From NCBI GenBank assembly GCA_963737965.1, contig CAVTUS010000008.1, positions 420,208 to 484,207 of the forward strand: a stretch of 64,000 nucleotides of DNA, written 5' to 3'. Both the position numbers and the translations under genes were made by a program. Numbering within the stretch: position 1 is the stretch's first letter; every line of letters begins with the position of its first letter. The stretch is from an uncultured Chloroflexia bacterium (GTDB lineage Bacteria; Chloroflexota; Dehalococcoidia; Tepidiformales; Tepidiformaceae). The notes below the pieces were generated by a model. That model made no database searches. It saw only the letters and a list, made by a program, of their open reading frames with translations, and was not told the DNA's origin. Shown here in pieces: positions 20,609 through 29,516 of this stretch.

Positions 20609-21388
20609 TCAGGCGTTGAACACCGGGTCGCGCTTCTCGACGAAGGCCCGTGCGGCTTCGCCAAAGGCAGGGCTGCGGGCGGCCTGTCCGAAGATCTCGT
20701 CTTCGGTCTGGAGCACCGAACGGATGTTGTCGTTCACCGCGTTGGCGTGGAGCATCTTCTTCGCCCAGCGCACGTGGGTCGAAGGATTGAAAGCGATCTC
20801 CTCGGCAAGGGCAATCGCCTCGTCCATCAGGCTCTCGTGCGGCACCACCTTGTTCACCACGCCGAGCCGGAGTGCCTCATCCGCGTTGTAGATCCGCCCG
20901 GTCAGCATCATCTCGGCAGCGTTCGCCAGTCCCGCCACCTGCGGCAGGATCTGGGTCGAGCCAAGTTCCGGCGTCAGGCCGATGCGGACGAAGCGCATCG
21001 ACACCCGCGCCTTCTCCGAAGCGATCCGGATGTCGCAGGCGAGTGGAAGGGTGAAGCCGACGCCGACCGCCGCCCCGTTGATCGCCGCGACGATCGGCTT
21101 CGAGCGCTGGAGAAATTCGGGGAGCGACTCGCCTTCAGGCTCGGGCGCCTGCCGCTCGCCGTCGCCATCCCGCGGTCGCTGAAGGTCGGCGCCGCTGCAG
21201 AAACCGCGCCCGGCGCCGGTGAGCACGATCGCGCCGATGCCCTCGTCGTTGTTGCACTCGTTGATGTGGTGCGGGACCAACTTCGCCATCTCCCTCGACC
21301 AGGCGTTCAGGCGTTCGGGACGGTTGAGCGTGATGATTCCCACCCTGCCGCGCTTTTCGAAGAGGACGTGGGCATCCGAATCCGACAT
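20609..21388 (-). CDS. enoyl-CoA hydratase/isomerase-family protein
   Basis: 259 aa. IITLNRPERLNAW...VLTGAGRGFCSGADL, AAINGAAVGVG. Confidence 0.9.
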   Translation of the reverse strand: MSDSDAHVLFEKRGRVGIITLNRPERLNAWSREMAKLVPHHINECNNDEGIGAIVLTGAGRGFCSGADLQRPRDGDGERQAPEPEGESLPEFLQRSKPIVAAINGAAVGVGFTLPLACDIRIASEKARVSMRFVRIGLTPELGSTQILPQVAGLANAAEMMLTGRIYNADEALRLGVVNKVVPHESLMDEAIALAEEIAFNPSTHVRWAKKMLHANAVNDNIRSVLQTEDEIFGQAARSPAFGEAARAFVEKRDPVFNA

Positions 21389-21418
21389 CGTCTGTGCTCC
21401 CTGGCCTTGGTGGGCGCG

Positions 21419-21424
21419 ATTCTA
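21419..21424 (-). promoter_or_regulatory. -10-like TAGAAT (reverse strand) upstream of the ECH-ACAD-SnoaL-GMC-MBL gene string
   Basis: Reverse strand reads ggTAGAATcgcgcccaccaaggccaGGGAGcacagaATG. Confidence 0.4.
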
Positions 21425-21491
21425 CCCGGACTCGCGACTCGTTGCGGAAACGGTCGCCCACCGCGACATAGCGCCGCGCTATCATGCGCCC

Positions 21492-22523
21492 ATGGCCGAT
21501 GCACCCGCTTGGACCCGGCTCCTTGGATCCGACCCCACACCCTGGCTTCTCCAGGAGGATACGCCGGCGGTGCGCGCCTTCGCGCACGAGCGGTTGCTCG
21601 ACCGGTCCAGCCACGACCCGGATGTCGTCGAGGCGCGTGCGGCGGCGATGCGCACGGACCCAATCGCCGGGATCCTCGCAGCCCAGGACCCCGCTGGCTG
21701 GTGGGTGAAGCCGGGTCCGGGCTATGCGCCGAAGTACTCGGGCACCGTCTGGAATCTCATCTTCCTCGAGCAGCTCGGCGCCGACCCGGCAGACACGCGC
21801 ATCCAGAAGGCTTGCGAGTACGTCATCGAGTGGTGCCCCACGAGCGCGGGCGGGATGGGTGCAACCGGTTCGCACCTGGAACGGAATCCGGCCCCGTCCT
21901 CGGCGCTGCACTGTCTCAACGGCAACCTGCTGCGCTCGCTGGTCGTGTTCGGGTACCGCGACTGCCCCGCGGTCGTGGCGGCGGCCGAGTGGGCGGCACG
22001 AACGATCCTCGGTGAGGGCGTCGAGCGCTGGTACGCCTCAGGAACCTCCGGTCCGGGCTTCGCCTGCGGCGCGAACCAGGGGTTGCCCTGTGCCTGGGGC
22101 GCAATCAAGGAGTTGCGGGGGCTTGCCGCGATACCGCTGGCCCGGCGGACGAACCTCGAACAACGCGCCATCGAAGCGGGCGTTGAGTTCCTCCTCTCGC
22201 GCGACCCTGCCGAGGCCGACTACCCGATGGGGTACGGGAATAGGAATCCATCGTCGTCATGGTTCAAGCTCGGCTTCCCGTCGGGCTACGTCACCGACGT
22301 GCTCCAGAACCTCGAGGTTCTCTGCGAACTTGGGCGTGGGGACGACTCCCGCCTCGACCGCGCGTACGAGTGGCTGTTGAGCACCGCTGGCCCTGATGGC
22401 CGCTGGCGGAACCGCTACGCCTACGCCAGCAAGACCACCGTGCCGATCGAGAAGCAGGGCGGCGTGTCGAAGTGGGTGACGCTGCGTGCCGCGACGGTTC
22501 TGCGAGCCCGGTATGGAGATTGA
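21492..22523 (+). CDS. prenyltransferase/terpene-cyclase-like (alpha/alpha toroid repeat) protein, function unknown
   Basis: 343 aa from the ATG at 21492, with TATCAT 6 nt upstream. Repeated DGGW/GWW-type segments (AQDPAGWWVKPG, GPDGRWRN). Confidence 0.55.
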   Translation: MADAPAWTRLLGSDPTPWLLQEDTPAVRAFAHERLLDRSSHDPDVVEARAAAMRTDPIAGILAAQDPAGWWVKPGPGYAPKYSGTVWNLIFLEQLGADPADTRIQKACEYVIEWCPTSAGGMGATGSHLERNPAPSSALHCLNGNLLRSLVVFGYRDCPAVVAAAEWAARTILGEGVERWYASGTSGPGFACGANQGLPCAWGAIKELRGLAAIPLARRTNLEQRAIEAGVEFLLSRDPAEADYPMGYGNRNPSSSWFKLGFPSGYVTDVLQNLEVLCELGRGDDSRLDRAYEWLLSTAGPDGRWRNRYAYASKTTVPIEKQGGVSKWVTLRAATVLRARYGD

Positions 22524-22551
22524 AGGCTCGACCGCATTCGCTCAAATGTTC

Positions 22552-22557
22552 TAAACT
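22552..22557 (+). promoter_or_regulatory. -10-like TAAACT, 9 nt before the recQ ATG
   Basis: tcTAAACTgcaacccgcATG. Confidence 0.35.
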
Positions 22558-22566
22558 GCAACCCGC

Positions 22567-24617
22567 ATGACCCAGGCAGCCCTCCAACCTCCCGCTGGCA
22601 GCTTTCCATCGACGGCGCCGGCCAGGCGCTCTCCGAGGTCTTCGGCTACCACTCCTTCCGCGAAGGGCAGGAGGAGGTCATCACCAGCGTGCTCGCGGGC
22701 AGGGACACTCTCGCCGTCATGCCCACCGGCGGCGGCAAGAGCCTCTGCTACCAGGTGCCCGCCTTGCTCTTCGACAGCGGCGTCACCATCGTCGTCTCCC
22801 CGCTGCTCGCGCTGATGAAGGACCAGGTCGACGCCCTCCGCTCGGCCGGGGTCGCTGCTGCGGCGATCAACTCCACCGTCTCGAAGGACGAGCAGTCGGC
22901 CATCCTCGACGCCGTCGCCCGCGGCGATATCCGCCTCCTCTACGTCGCCCCCGAGCGGTTCGGCGCCTATGGCTTCCTCGAAGGCGTTGCGGCAGCGGGC
23001 GCAGGTCGCGCTCCTCGCCATCGACGAGGCGCACTGCGTGAGCCAGTGGGGCCACGACTTCCGCCCCAGCTACCGCGACCTTGCCCGCGTCCGCGAGCGC
23101 CTCGGAGGCCCGCCGATGGTCGCCCTCACCGCGACTGCCGACCCCCTCGTCCGCGACGACATCGTCAACCAGCTCGGCCTCCGCAATCCCGCCGTCCACG
23201 TCGCTGGCTTCGACCGCCCGAACCTCCACCTCGCCGTCGTCCGGGCGCAGCTCCCTCAAGCAGAAGGCGCGAGCTCATCGCGGAACAACTGCGCGGCCTC
23301 GGGAAGGAATCGGCGATCGTCTATTGCGCCACCCGCAAGCGCGTCGAGAACCTCTCCGAGGCGCTCCACCGGGCCGGGATCCGCAACGCGCGCTACCACG
23401 CCGGCATGGATGCCGACGACCGCCGCCGGCATCCAGGAGGCCTTCCAGCGCGACGCCCTCCGCGTCATCGTCGCCACCAACGCCTTTGGCCTTGGCATCG
23501 ACAAGCCGGACGTGCGGCTCGTGCTCCACCACGACCTGCCCGAGTCGCTGGAGGCCTACTACCAGGAGGCGGGCCGCGCCGGGCGCGATGGCCTCCCCGC
23601 CACCTGTGTCCTCTATTACAGCGCCCGCGACCGCCAGCTCCGCGAGTTCTTCATCGACCTCTCCCACCCCGACCCGGATACCGTCCTCGACATCTATCAC
23701 GCGCTCGAGCGCACCACTGCCGCCATCCACGTCCGCGAACTGATGGCGAGCGACGACGAGCCGGGCATCAACGCTGCGATAGCGGCCCTCGTGGAGAGCG
23801 GCCTTGCCGAGCGGCGGGGCTACATGGTCAAGCTGGCCCGCATCGGCGCAGAGGCTGAGATTGACCTCGCCGGGCTGGAAGCGCACCGCCAGCACGCCAT
23901 CGACAAGCTGGACCAGATGCAGGCCTACGCCGAATCAATGACCTGCCTGCGCGTGCGCATTCTCCAGTACTTCGAGCCGGGTCATCGGGCCGAGCCATGT
24001 GGCAATTGCGGCCCCTGTGTCGCCGGTCCCCAACAGCAACAACAGCAGGCCGTCGACGCCGAATCAGAAGATCTGTTCCAGAAGCTGCGCGAATTCGGCG
24101 CACAATTGCCGACGAAGCCGGCGTGCCACCGTACGTCGTCTTTAGCGACGCGACACTGCGCGAAATGGCGGCGCAGAAGCCACGCAACCGCGTCGAGATG
24201 CTGGCGGTAAGCGGCGTCGGCCAGGTGAAGTGGGAACGCTACGGGATGCAGTTTCTCTCCATCGTCCGGGAGGCTGCCGGCGCCGAACCGCCCCCCACCG
24301 TTGCGGCCCCGGCAAACACTGCCGGCTCCACCCTCGACCAGACCCTCGCGCTCGTGCGGGCCGGGATGTCCATCGCCGACATCGGGAAGCAACGAAGCCT
24401 CGCCACCTCGACGATCGCCGGCCATATCGAGACCCTCGTCACCCGTGGCGCCATCGACGACATCACCCCTTGGGTCGACACCACCACCCTCCGCCGCATC
24501 CAGCAAGCCGCGGGCGAAGGCCGAATCACCGCGCTCGGCCCCCTGCGCGAAGCACTAGGAGAAGACGTGGGGTTCGAGCAGCTTCGGATCGCGCGCGCCT
24601 GGCTGAACCGGGGATAA
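22567..24617 (+). pseudogene. recQ: ATP-dependent DNA helicase RecQ, about five frameshifts
   Basis: FGYHSFREGQEEVI...AVMPTGGGKSLCYQVPAL | LAIDEAHCVSQWGHDFRPSY...LTATA | ESAIVYCATRKRVE...YHAGM | VIVATNAFGLGIDKPDVRLVLHHDLP...YYQEAGRAGRDG...C..CGNCGPC | HRDC-like VPPYVVFSDATLREMA plus a C-terminal wHTH. Shifts lie near 22605, 22985, 23265, 23430 and 24095. Confidence 0.9.
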
Positions 24618-24637
24618 AGAAGTTTGACACGCATTTA

Positions 24638-24643
24638 TAGACT
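24638..24643 (+). promoter_or_regulatory. -10-like TAGACT, 6 nt before the ATG at 24650
   Basis: ttTATAGACTggcggtATG. Confidence 0.35.
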
Positions 24644-24649
24644 GGCGGT

Positions 24650-24865
24650 ATGCCTGCGAAGCGTGGTGACGCGGACGCTTGGGGCCTGAGCCCGGCCGAG
24701 GACGATATCCTCGATCTTATCGCGCAGGACTACACGGACCCTGAGATCGCGGAGATGCGCACCCTCTCCATCCACACCGTGAAGACCCACGTCCGCCACA
24801 TCCTCCAGAAGCTGGGGGTGGCGAACCGCCGCGAAGCCGCCCGTCTTTACCGAAAATCACTCTAA
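24650..24865 (+). CDS. stand-alone LuxR-type HTH protein (71 aa, no receiver or ligand domain)
   Basis: LSPAEDDILDLIAQDYTDPEIAEMRTLSIHTVKTHVRHILQKLGVANRREAA is a GerE/LuxR C-terminal domain. Confidence 0.8.
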   Translation: MPAKRGDADAWGLSPAEDDILDLIAQDYTDPEIAEMRTLSIHTVKTHVRHILQKLGVANRREAARLYRKSL

Positions 24866-25008
24866 ACGAGGGACGCGGGGCACTGACTACACCGGCTAGG
24901 CTCCGATAGATTTAGCCATGCGCGATTGAATATCGCACGGTACGCGAACAAACATCTGGCGAGGGCACGCCAGCAACAAGACAGAGGACGTGTGTCAATG
25001 ATGTCGAA

Positions 25009-26163
25009 ATGGCCCGAGTGCCGTCCCGTCAGGCGCCGGGGGATTCTACTAGACATTCGCCCGGTGCTGCATACGAGTTGGCGAGGCGACGGTTTGCGGT
25101 CTTGAATGACCGAAGCGCCTTGAATGTGGTAGTGGGCATCGCCGTGGTCGTCCTGGGCATTGCGATTCTTGGTTGGGGGGCGTGCGCTTCGGCTTATGCC
25201 CTCCCGCAGCCTTCTCCCATTTACAACGGGGATTTGGTCCTGCGCACGACAGTTTTGATGTGGTCGGATTCACGAGACCATTACGTGCAGCTGCGCGAGG
25301 ACACGGCCGGGGTGGTGCGCGTGCTCATCGACCTCGAAGATGCGCCGATCGGCACATATGCGGTCGCGACGTACGGAGCGGGCGCCTGCCCTGTGGCGGC
25401 TGACGCGGCGCCATTTGAGGACAGAACCCTCAGGTGGACTGGAGAGGCGAGCGCTGGAGGGCCCTTTGTTGCCTTCGATACGGACAAGTTGGCCCTTTCA
25501 CGGAATGCAGCGGATACGATATATGACGCGGATGGAACGACGATGACAGTGAAACTTCCATCCGGCGAGCTCCTCGGATGCGCGGTCATCTCGTCGGTGG
25601 ACGCAGAACTCTATTTTGATAATCGGGTCGCTCTAGAATTTGCGGTTGCCTTCGAAGGTGCGGATGGCCACGAACACTACGTGACACTCCGACAAGATGA
25701 CCATGGGGTTGTACAGATTCAGCTTCAGCTCACCGACGTGCTTGCCGGAACCTATACTGTAGCGACTTATAGCGACGGGGGTTGCTCGAACGTCACTCAA
25801 CTGGATATCTCTCGTGCAATCGAGAAACGTCAGATAATCCGGCCGTCACCGGAAAGCGGAGACGTTGTGAAGAGCTTCTACACAACAAACGCGATCTCTC
25901 TTGCGCGGAACGTCCCGAAGTCAGTGTATGACGCGGACGGCACGTCGCTCGCCGTGTACAACAATGATGGGTCACTGCTTGGTTGCGCGGACATCTCGGC
26001 GGTAGACGCGCAGCCGCTGCCTACTGTAACGCCGGAACCGCCAGGTGCAGGAACTGGCATCGTAGGCGCTCAGCCGAATAAGGGCGGCGAGATGTGGTTG
26101 CCCGTCGCGTGGATGCTCGCGGGGCTTGGTGTACTGGCGCTGCTAATTTTGAAGCGCCGCTGA
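25009..26163 (+). CDS. membrane-anchored protein with two tandem ~125-aa domains resembling Cu/Zn-SOD but lacking His ligands
   Basis: N-terminal hydrophobic signal/anchor. Repeat 1 is ...GTYAVATYGAGAC...IYDADGTTMTVKLPSGELLGCAVIS. Repeat 2 is ...GTYTVATYSDGGC...VYDADGTSLAVYNNDGSLLGCADIS. C-terminal hydrophobic helix plus KRR. Lower GC than its surroundings. Confidence 0.6.
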   Translation: MARVPSRQAPGDSTRHSPGAAYELARRRFAVLNDRSALNVVVGIAVVVLGIAILGWGACASAYALPQPSPIYNGDLVLRTTVLMWSDSRDHYVQLREDTAGVVRVLIDLEDAPIGTYAVATYGAGACPVAADAAPFEDRTLRWTGEASAGGPFVAFDTDKLALSRNAADTIYDADGTTMTVKLPSGELLGCAVISSVDAELYFDNRVALEFAVAFEGADGHEHYVTLRQDDHGVVQIQLQLTDVLAGTYTVATYSDGGCSNVTQLDISRAIEKRQIIRPSPESGDVVKSFYTTNAISLARNVPKSVYDADGTSLAVYNNDGSLLGCADISAVDAQPLPTVTPEPPGAGTGIVGAQPNKGGEMWLPVAWMLAGLGVLALLILKRR

Positions 26164-26722
26164 GTCCGCCGGCTGGGCCGTGGTCGACCTCGAAAACGCA
26201 GGCGCGACAGGCGTCATCACTACGGCACATTGCCAAAACCTCACTACGTATTGGGAAAACGGGAGCACGTCGTGGAGCGTTTAGTTTGTTGCTCGAGCAT
26301 ATGATGCGTATCGCGACGTCCAATGGCTTTCCGTCTTGGGGACCGAATATGCTCAGTTCTTTGATGGTTCGTCCTTACGCGCTGTCGACGGAACACAGCC
26401 GCGTAGCTCTCAGACGATCGGCCAACTTGTATGCCATTACGGGATTACCACGGGCTATAGTTGCGGACAGCTCACTTCAAAGACCTACAAGCCGACCTGG
26501 ACTTACCCGGACGCCTGCCCTGGTGGCCCATGCGCACAGTCATGGATGAAGGTCGATGACTGGCAATCGCAGGACGTGAGCTGCGACCATGGCGACAGCG
26601 GAGGCCCGTGGTTCCTGGCAACCACGGCGTACGGTGTGCACAAAGGTAGCCCGGGCAGCTCCTGCGTCTACATGGCCATCGATTTCATTTCGCCGATGGG
26701 AGTGTACGTCCTGACCCAATGA
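26153..26722 (+). pseudogene. alpha-lytic-type S1 serine protease remnant (N-terminally truncated, in-frame TAG)
   Basis: GWAVVDLENAGATGVITTAHCQN (His), in-frame TAG at 26283-26285, DVQW (Asp), CHYGITTGYSCG, CDHGDSGGPWF (Ser). No signal peptide or pro-region. The frame is closed by TAA/TGA at 26144-26152. Confidence 0.7.
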
Positions 26723-27101
26723 AGATCCTGCTCTCCCTGTTCGCATTCGTTGTCGTCACCGCAGCGGCGGCGGCGGTGGGGATGACTGGCTCCCCCGCTA
26801 CAAGGGCGAGCCGAACGGGGATGATGCCGAGCTTCGCGGCTCGCTCGTCCGCGAGGGCGACTGTCTCTATGTTGAGGATGGCGGAATGCGCTGGATGCCC
26901 GTCTTTCCGACCGTTCGGACGAGCTTCGATCGGGAAACGAATGTGCTGAAAATCGACGACAATCAGTTCGCCGTTGGCAACGAGGTAGTACTAGGCGGGA
27001 GTGGTGCTCCCCTCGCCGATTTGCCCAATGTGCAGTGGGCGACCGAGCCGGACGACTCCTGCGATTCGACGTATATATGGTCCGTCGGGCTCTTCAACTG
27101 A
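26719..27101 (+). pseudogene. small secreted protein, unknown function, one frameshift near 26780
   Basis: ATGA overlap with the protease remnant. MKILLSLFAFVVVTAAAAAVG | DDWLPRYKGEPNGDDAELRGSLVREGDCLYVEDGGMRWMPVFPT...STYIWSVGLFN. Confidence 0.5.
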
Positions 27102-27121
27102 ATCTCGCCGTTCGCCCCTAT

Positions 27122-27193
27122 CGCTGCACCCCGCCCGGCTGGCACGTCCGGCAAAAGCTCGTGACCCGCTGGTTCGCCGTGATCTCGCTGATG
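27122..27193. repeat. 72-bp duplicate of the mutM 3' end (copy A, detached)
   Basis: 69 of 72 nt identical by hand alignment to 27910-27981. Reverse strand encodes ISEITANQRVTSFCRTCQPGGVQR*. Upstream of this the reading is unrelated to mutM. Confidence 0.85.
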
Positions 27194-27307
27194 CCACCCC
27201 TCCGGGAACGACGGGCGGTCGAGGATCTCGGCATCGCCCGGGGCCAGCTGGACCGCTGGCGTCGGGTTCAAGTTCGCCCTCGCACCGGCTAGTATTCCCT
27301 CGAAAGA

Positions 27308-27952
27308 ATGCGCGACACATGTGGCCGGGACTGGAAGCCGTTCAGCATCGCGTTCCTGGTGGGCGCGACGCTCACTTCCGTGGCGCTGGCGTCGTCGGCC
27401 TTCGCGGACTCGCTTGGCGACAACGGAGCGGGTTCCGGCGACTCCGCAGTGGTGGCCGCAGCCACCGGTACGGTGTTCGCCTACGCGCCGGTGGCCACGG
27501 CTCGCGCTATGCCGGTGGCGTCGGTTGTACCCACATGGGACCCACGAACGCCACTACCAGCCACCGCCACGGTGAAACCCACCCGAGCTCCAACCAGGAT
27601 GGACTTCACGCCGCCGCCCATGGATCAATCGCAGGTCGATGCTCTGGCCGACGGGGTAGTCACCTTCGATGAATACGCGTCGGCAGTGGATAGCACGCTC
27701 GCCTGCGTTGAGGAGCGAGGCCGCTCCCACACCGAACCGGCATACGACGGGTCGCGCCACCAGTTCCAGTACACCATCGTGGGCGACTCGCCTGGTGACA
27801 GTCCGATGTCGGCCTACGACGAGTGCTGGATTCGGTTCGAGCGCGATATCCAGGCACAGTGGGTCCTGCCAGAACACGGACTGAGCTTCCGCTTCGAGCG
27901 GTTGCTTACCGCTGCACCCCGCCCGGCTGGCACGTCCGGCAAAAGCTCGTGA
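27308..27952 (+). CDS. secreted hypothetical protein
   Basis: Signal-peptide-like FSIAFLVGATLTSVALASSAFA. No recognisable domain. The last ~47 nt run antisense into mutM, so the 3' end is uncertain. Confidence 0.5.
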   Translation: MRDTCGRDWKPFSIAFLVGATLTSVALASSAFADSLGDNGAGSGDSAVVAAATGTVFAYAPVATARAMPVASVVPTWDPRTPLPATATVKPTRAPTRMDFTPPPMDQSQVDALADGVVTFDEYASAVDSTLACVEERGRSHTEPAYDGSRHQFQYTIVGDSPGDSPMSAYDECWIRFERDIQAQWVLPEHGLSFRFERLLTAAPRPAGTSGKSS

Positions 27953-28740
27953 CGCGCTGGTTTGCGGTGATCTCGCTGATGTTCGTGCCGCAGCGTGGGC
28001 ATGGCTTGCCGCCTAGCCGGTGCACGTGCATGAAGTCGCGGCGCTCTTCGTAGTCGAGGACGTCGCCCTTCACCATCGCGTCGCGAACGAGCGGAGTGGC
28101 CCACGCCATCACCTGCGCGGGCGCTGGTGTAGAGGCGGCGGAGGTCGGCTTCGTCCAGCTCGGTCTTCTTCGCGTAGGGGTTGATCTTCGCCTCCCAGAG
28201 GATCTCGTCGGCGTAGGCGTTGCCAATCCCCTGGACGAACTCGGCGTTCGTGAGGATGTTCTTGATCACGCCCCGGTACTTCTTCATCCGCGCCAGCCAG
28301 GCGTCCTCGTCCAGCTTCGGGTCGAGCAGGTCGGGGCCGTTGCTGTCCCAGTTGGGGATGAGCCCGAGCTGGTCCGTGGCGACAAGGTAGAGCTTCCCCA
28401 TCAGCCGTTGGTCGTGGTAGCGAAACTGCCGGTCGCTGTCCTTCAGGGTGACCACGAGGCAGGTCTTGCCGTGCACCTTCGTCTTCGGGTCGATGAACTG
28501 GAAGCGCCCGGTCAGCATCGGGTTGATCGCCAGCACCCGGTCGCTCGCGAGAGTGAAGAGGAGGAACTTCCCGTGCCTGTGGACCTCGCCGAAGCTGTCG
28601 CCCGGCAGGCTCTCGCGGAACTCCTTCGCCGGGCTACGAAACACCGTCGGGATCCGCGTCTCCACCGACGCGACCGTGCGGCCCTGCAGGTGCTCGTTGA
28701 AGAACCCCTTGATCGCTTCGAGCTCCGGTATCTCCGGCAT
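27906..28740 (-). pseudogene. mutM: formamidopyrimidine-DNA glycosylase, one frameshift near 28125
   Basis: MPEIPELE N-terminus with catalytic Pro2. HGKFLLF...GNAYADEILWEAKINP | ...zinc finger CPRCGTNISEITANQRVTSFCRTCQ. Confidence 0.85.
27910..27981. repeat. 72-bp repeat copy B (the functional 3' end of mutM)
   Basis: See copy A at 27122-27193. Confidence 0.85.
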
Positions 28741-28820
28741 CCCGCCAGTATAGGCGGCCCGCCTGCCCCCACCGGTAGTTCCCATGAGAACCAACCCGGC
28801 GCTCTCAACGTATCCAGAGC

Positions 28821-29339
28821 ATGATCGCCAACAAGGCCCTCGCCTTCCTCATCCTCCCCCTGCTTCTCGCATTCGTCGTCGCCTGCGGTGGCGACGACGA
28901 TGACGACACCAGTGGCGAACCCACGGCTACCCCGTCGTCGGACGAGGCCACCGGCCCCATCCGCGTCGGCAACGTCGAAGGCATCGGCGCCGTCCTCACC
29001 AACGCCGACGGCCTCACGCTCTACACCTTCAAGAACGACAACCCCGGCGAAAGCACCTGCTACGACGCCTGCGCCGGCACCTGGCCGCCGCTTCTCACCG
29101 AATCCACGGAGATCGCCACGCCCGACGGCGTCGCCGGCAGCCTCACGGTCATCCCCCGCACCGACGGTACAACCCAGCTCGCCCTCGACGACGCTCCCCT
29201 CTATACCTACAGCGCCGACACTGCGCCCGGTACGGCGAATGGCCAGGGCAGCGGCGGTGTCTGGTTCGCCGCCACCCCGAACGGCGATAGCTCGGCCTCC
29301 ACCGACGACGATACGGACGGCATCGGCCGCTACGACTAG
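28821..29339 (+). CDS. lipoprotein with two 'secreted repeat' (COG4315-like) units
   Basis: Lipobox LLAFVVAC. LTLYTFKNDNPGESTCYDACAGTWPP and APLYTYSADTAPGTANGQGSGGVWF. Confidence 0.75.
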   Translation: MIANKALAFLILPLLLAFVVACGGDDDDDTSGEPTATPSSDEATGPIRVGNVEGIGAVLTNADGLTLYTFKNDNPGESTCYDACAGTWPPLLTESTEIATPDGVAGSLTVIPRTDGTTQLALDDAPLYTYSADTAPGTANGQGSGGVWFAATPNGDSSASTDDDTDGIGRYD

Positions 29340-29343
29340 CCCT

Positions 29344-29450
29344 CGTAAAGGATGTTGCGCTCGTGTACTCCCTTCTCCCGCGTGAGTCGGGAGAAGGGGC
29401 CGGGGGATAAGGGCGCTTCGCCCGGGCAGCGAACACCGTTTTCCCCAACT
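29344..29450. repeat. partial relative of the MITE-like family carrying the same hairpin module
   Basis: cccttctccc-gcgtgagtc-gggagaaggg (29370-29398), followed by ggccgggggataagggcg...ccccaactg. This parallels 16335-16415 but lacks the AGTACTAG terminus. Confidence 0.6.
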
Positions 29451-29516
29451 GCCTGACCTCCGCCTTGACCGGTGCTGCGTAGAATCACTCCCGCGGACTC
29501 GCGAGGGAGGAGCACC

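Noticed and set aside
24624-24643. TTGACA (24624-24629) as the -35 for the LuxR-solo promoter.
   Set aside because: The spacer to the TAGACT or TATAGA box is only 6-8 nt, not 16-18. Only the -10-like element is reported.
29465-29485. TTGACC-TAGAAT as a canonical promoter for the esterase gene.
   Set aside because: The spacer is 9 nt. The TAGAAT box may still be functional, but the -35 assignment is not supported.
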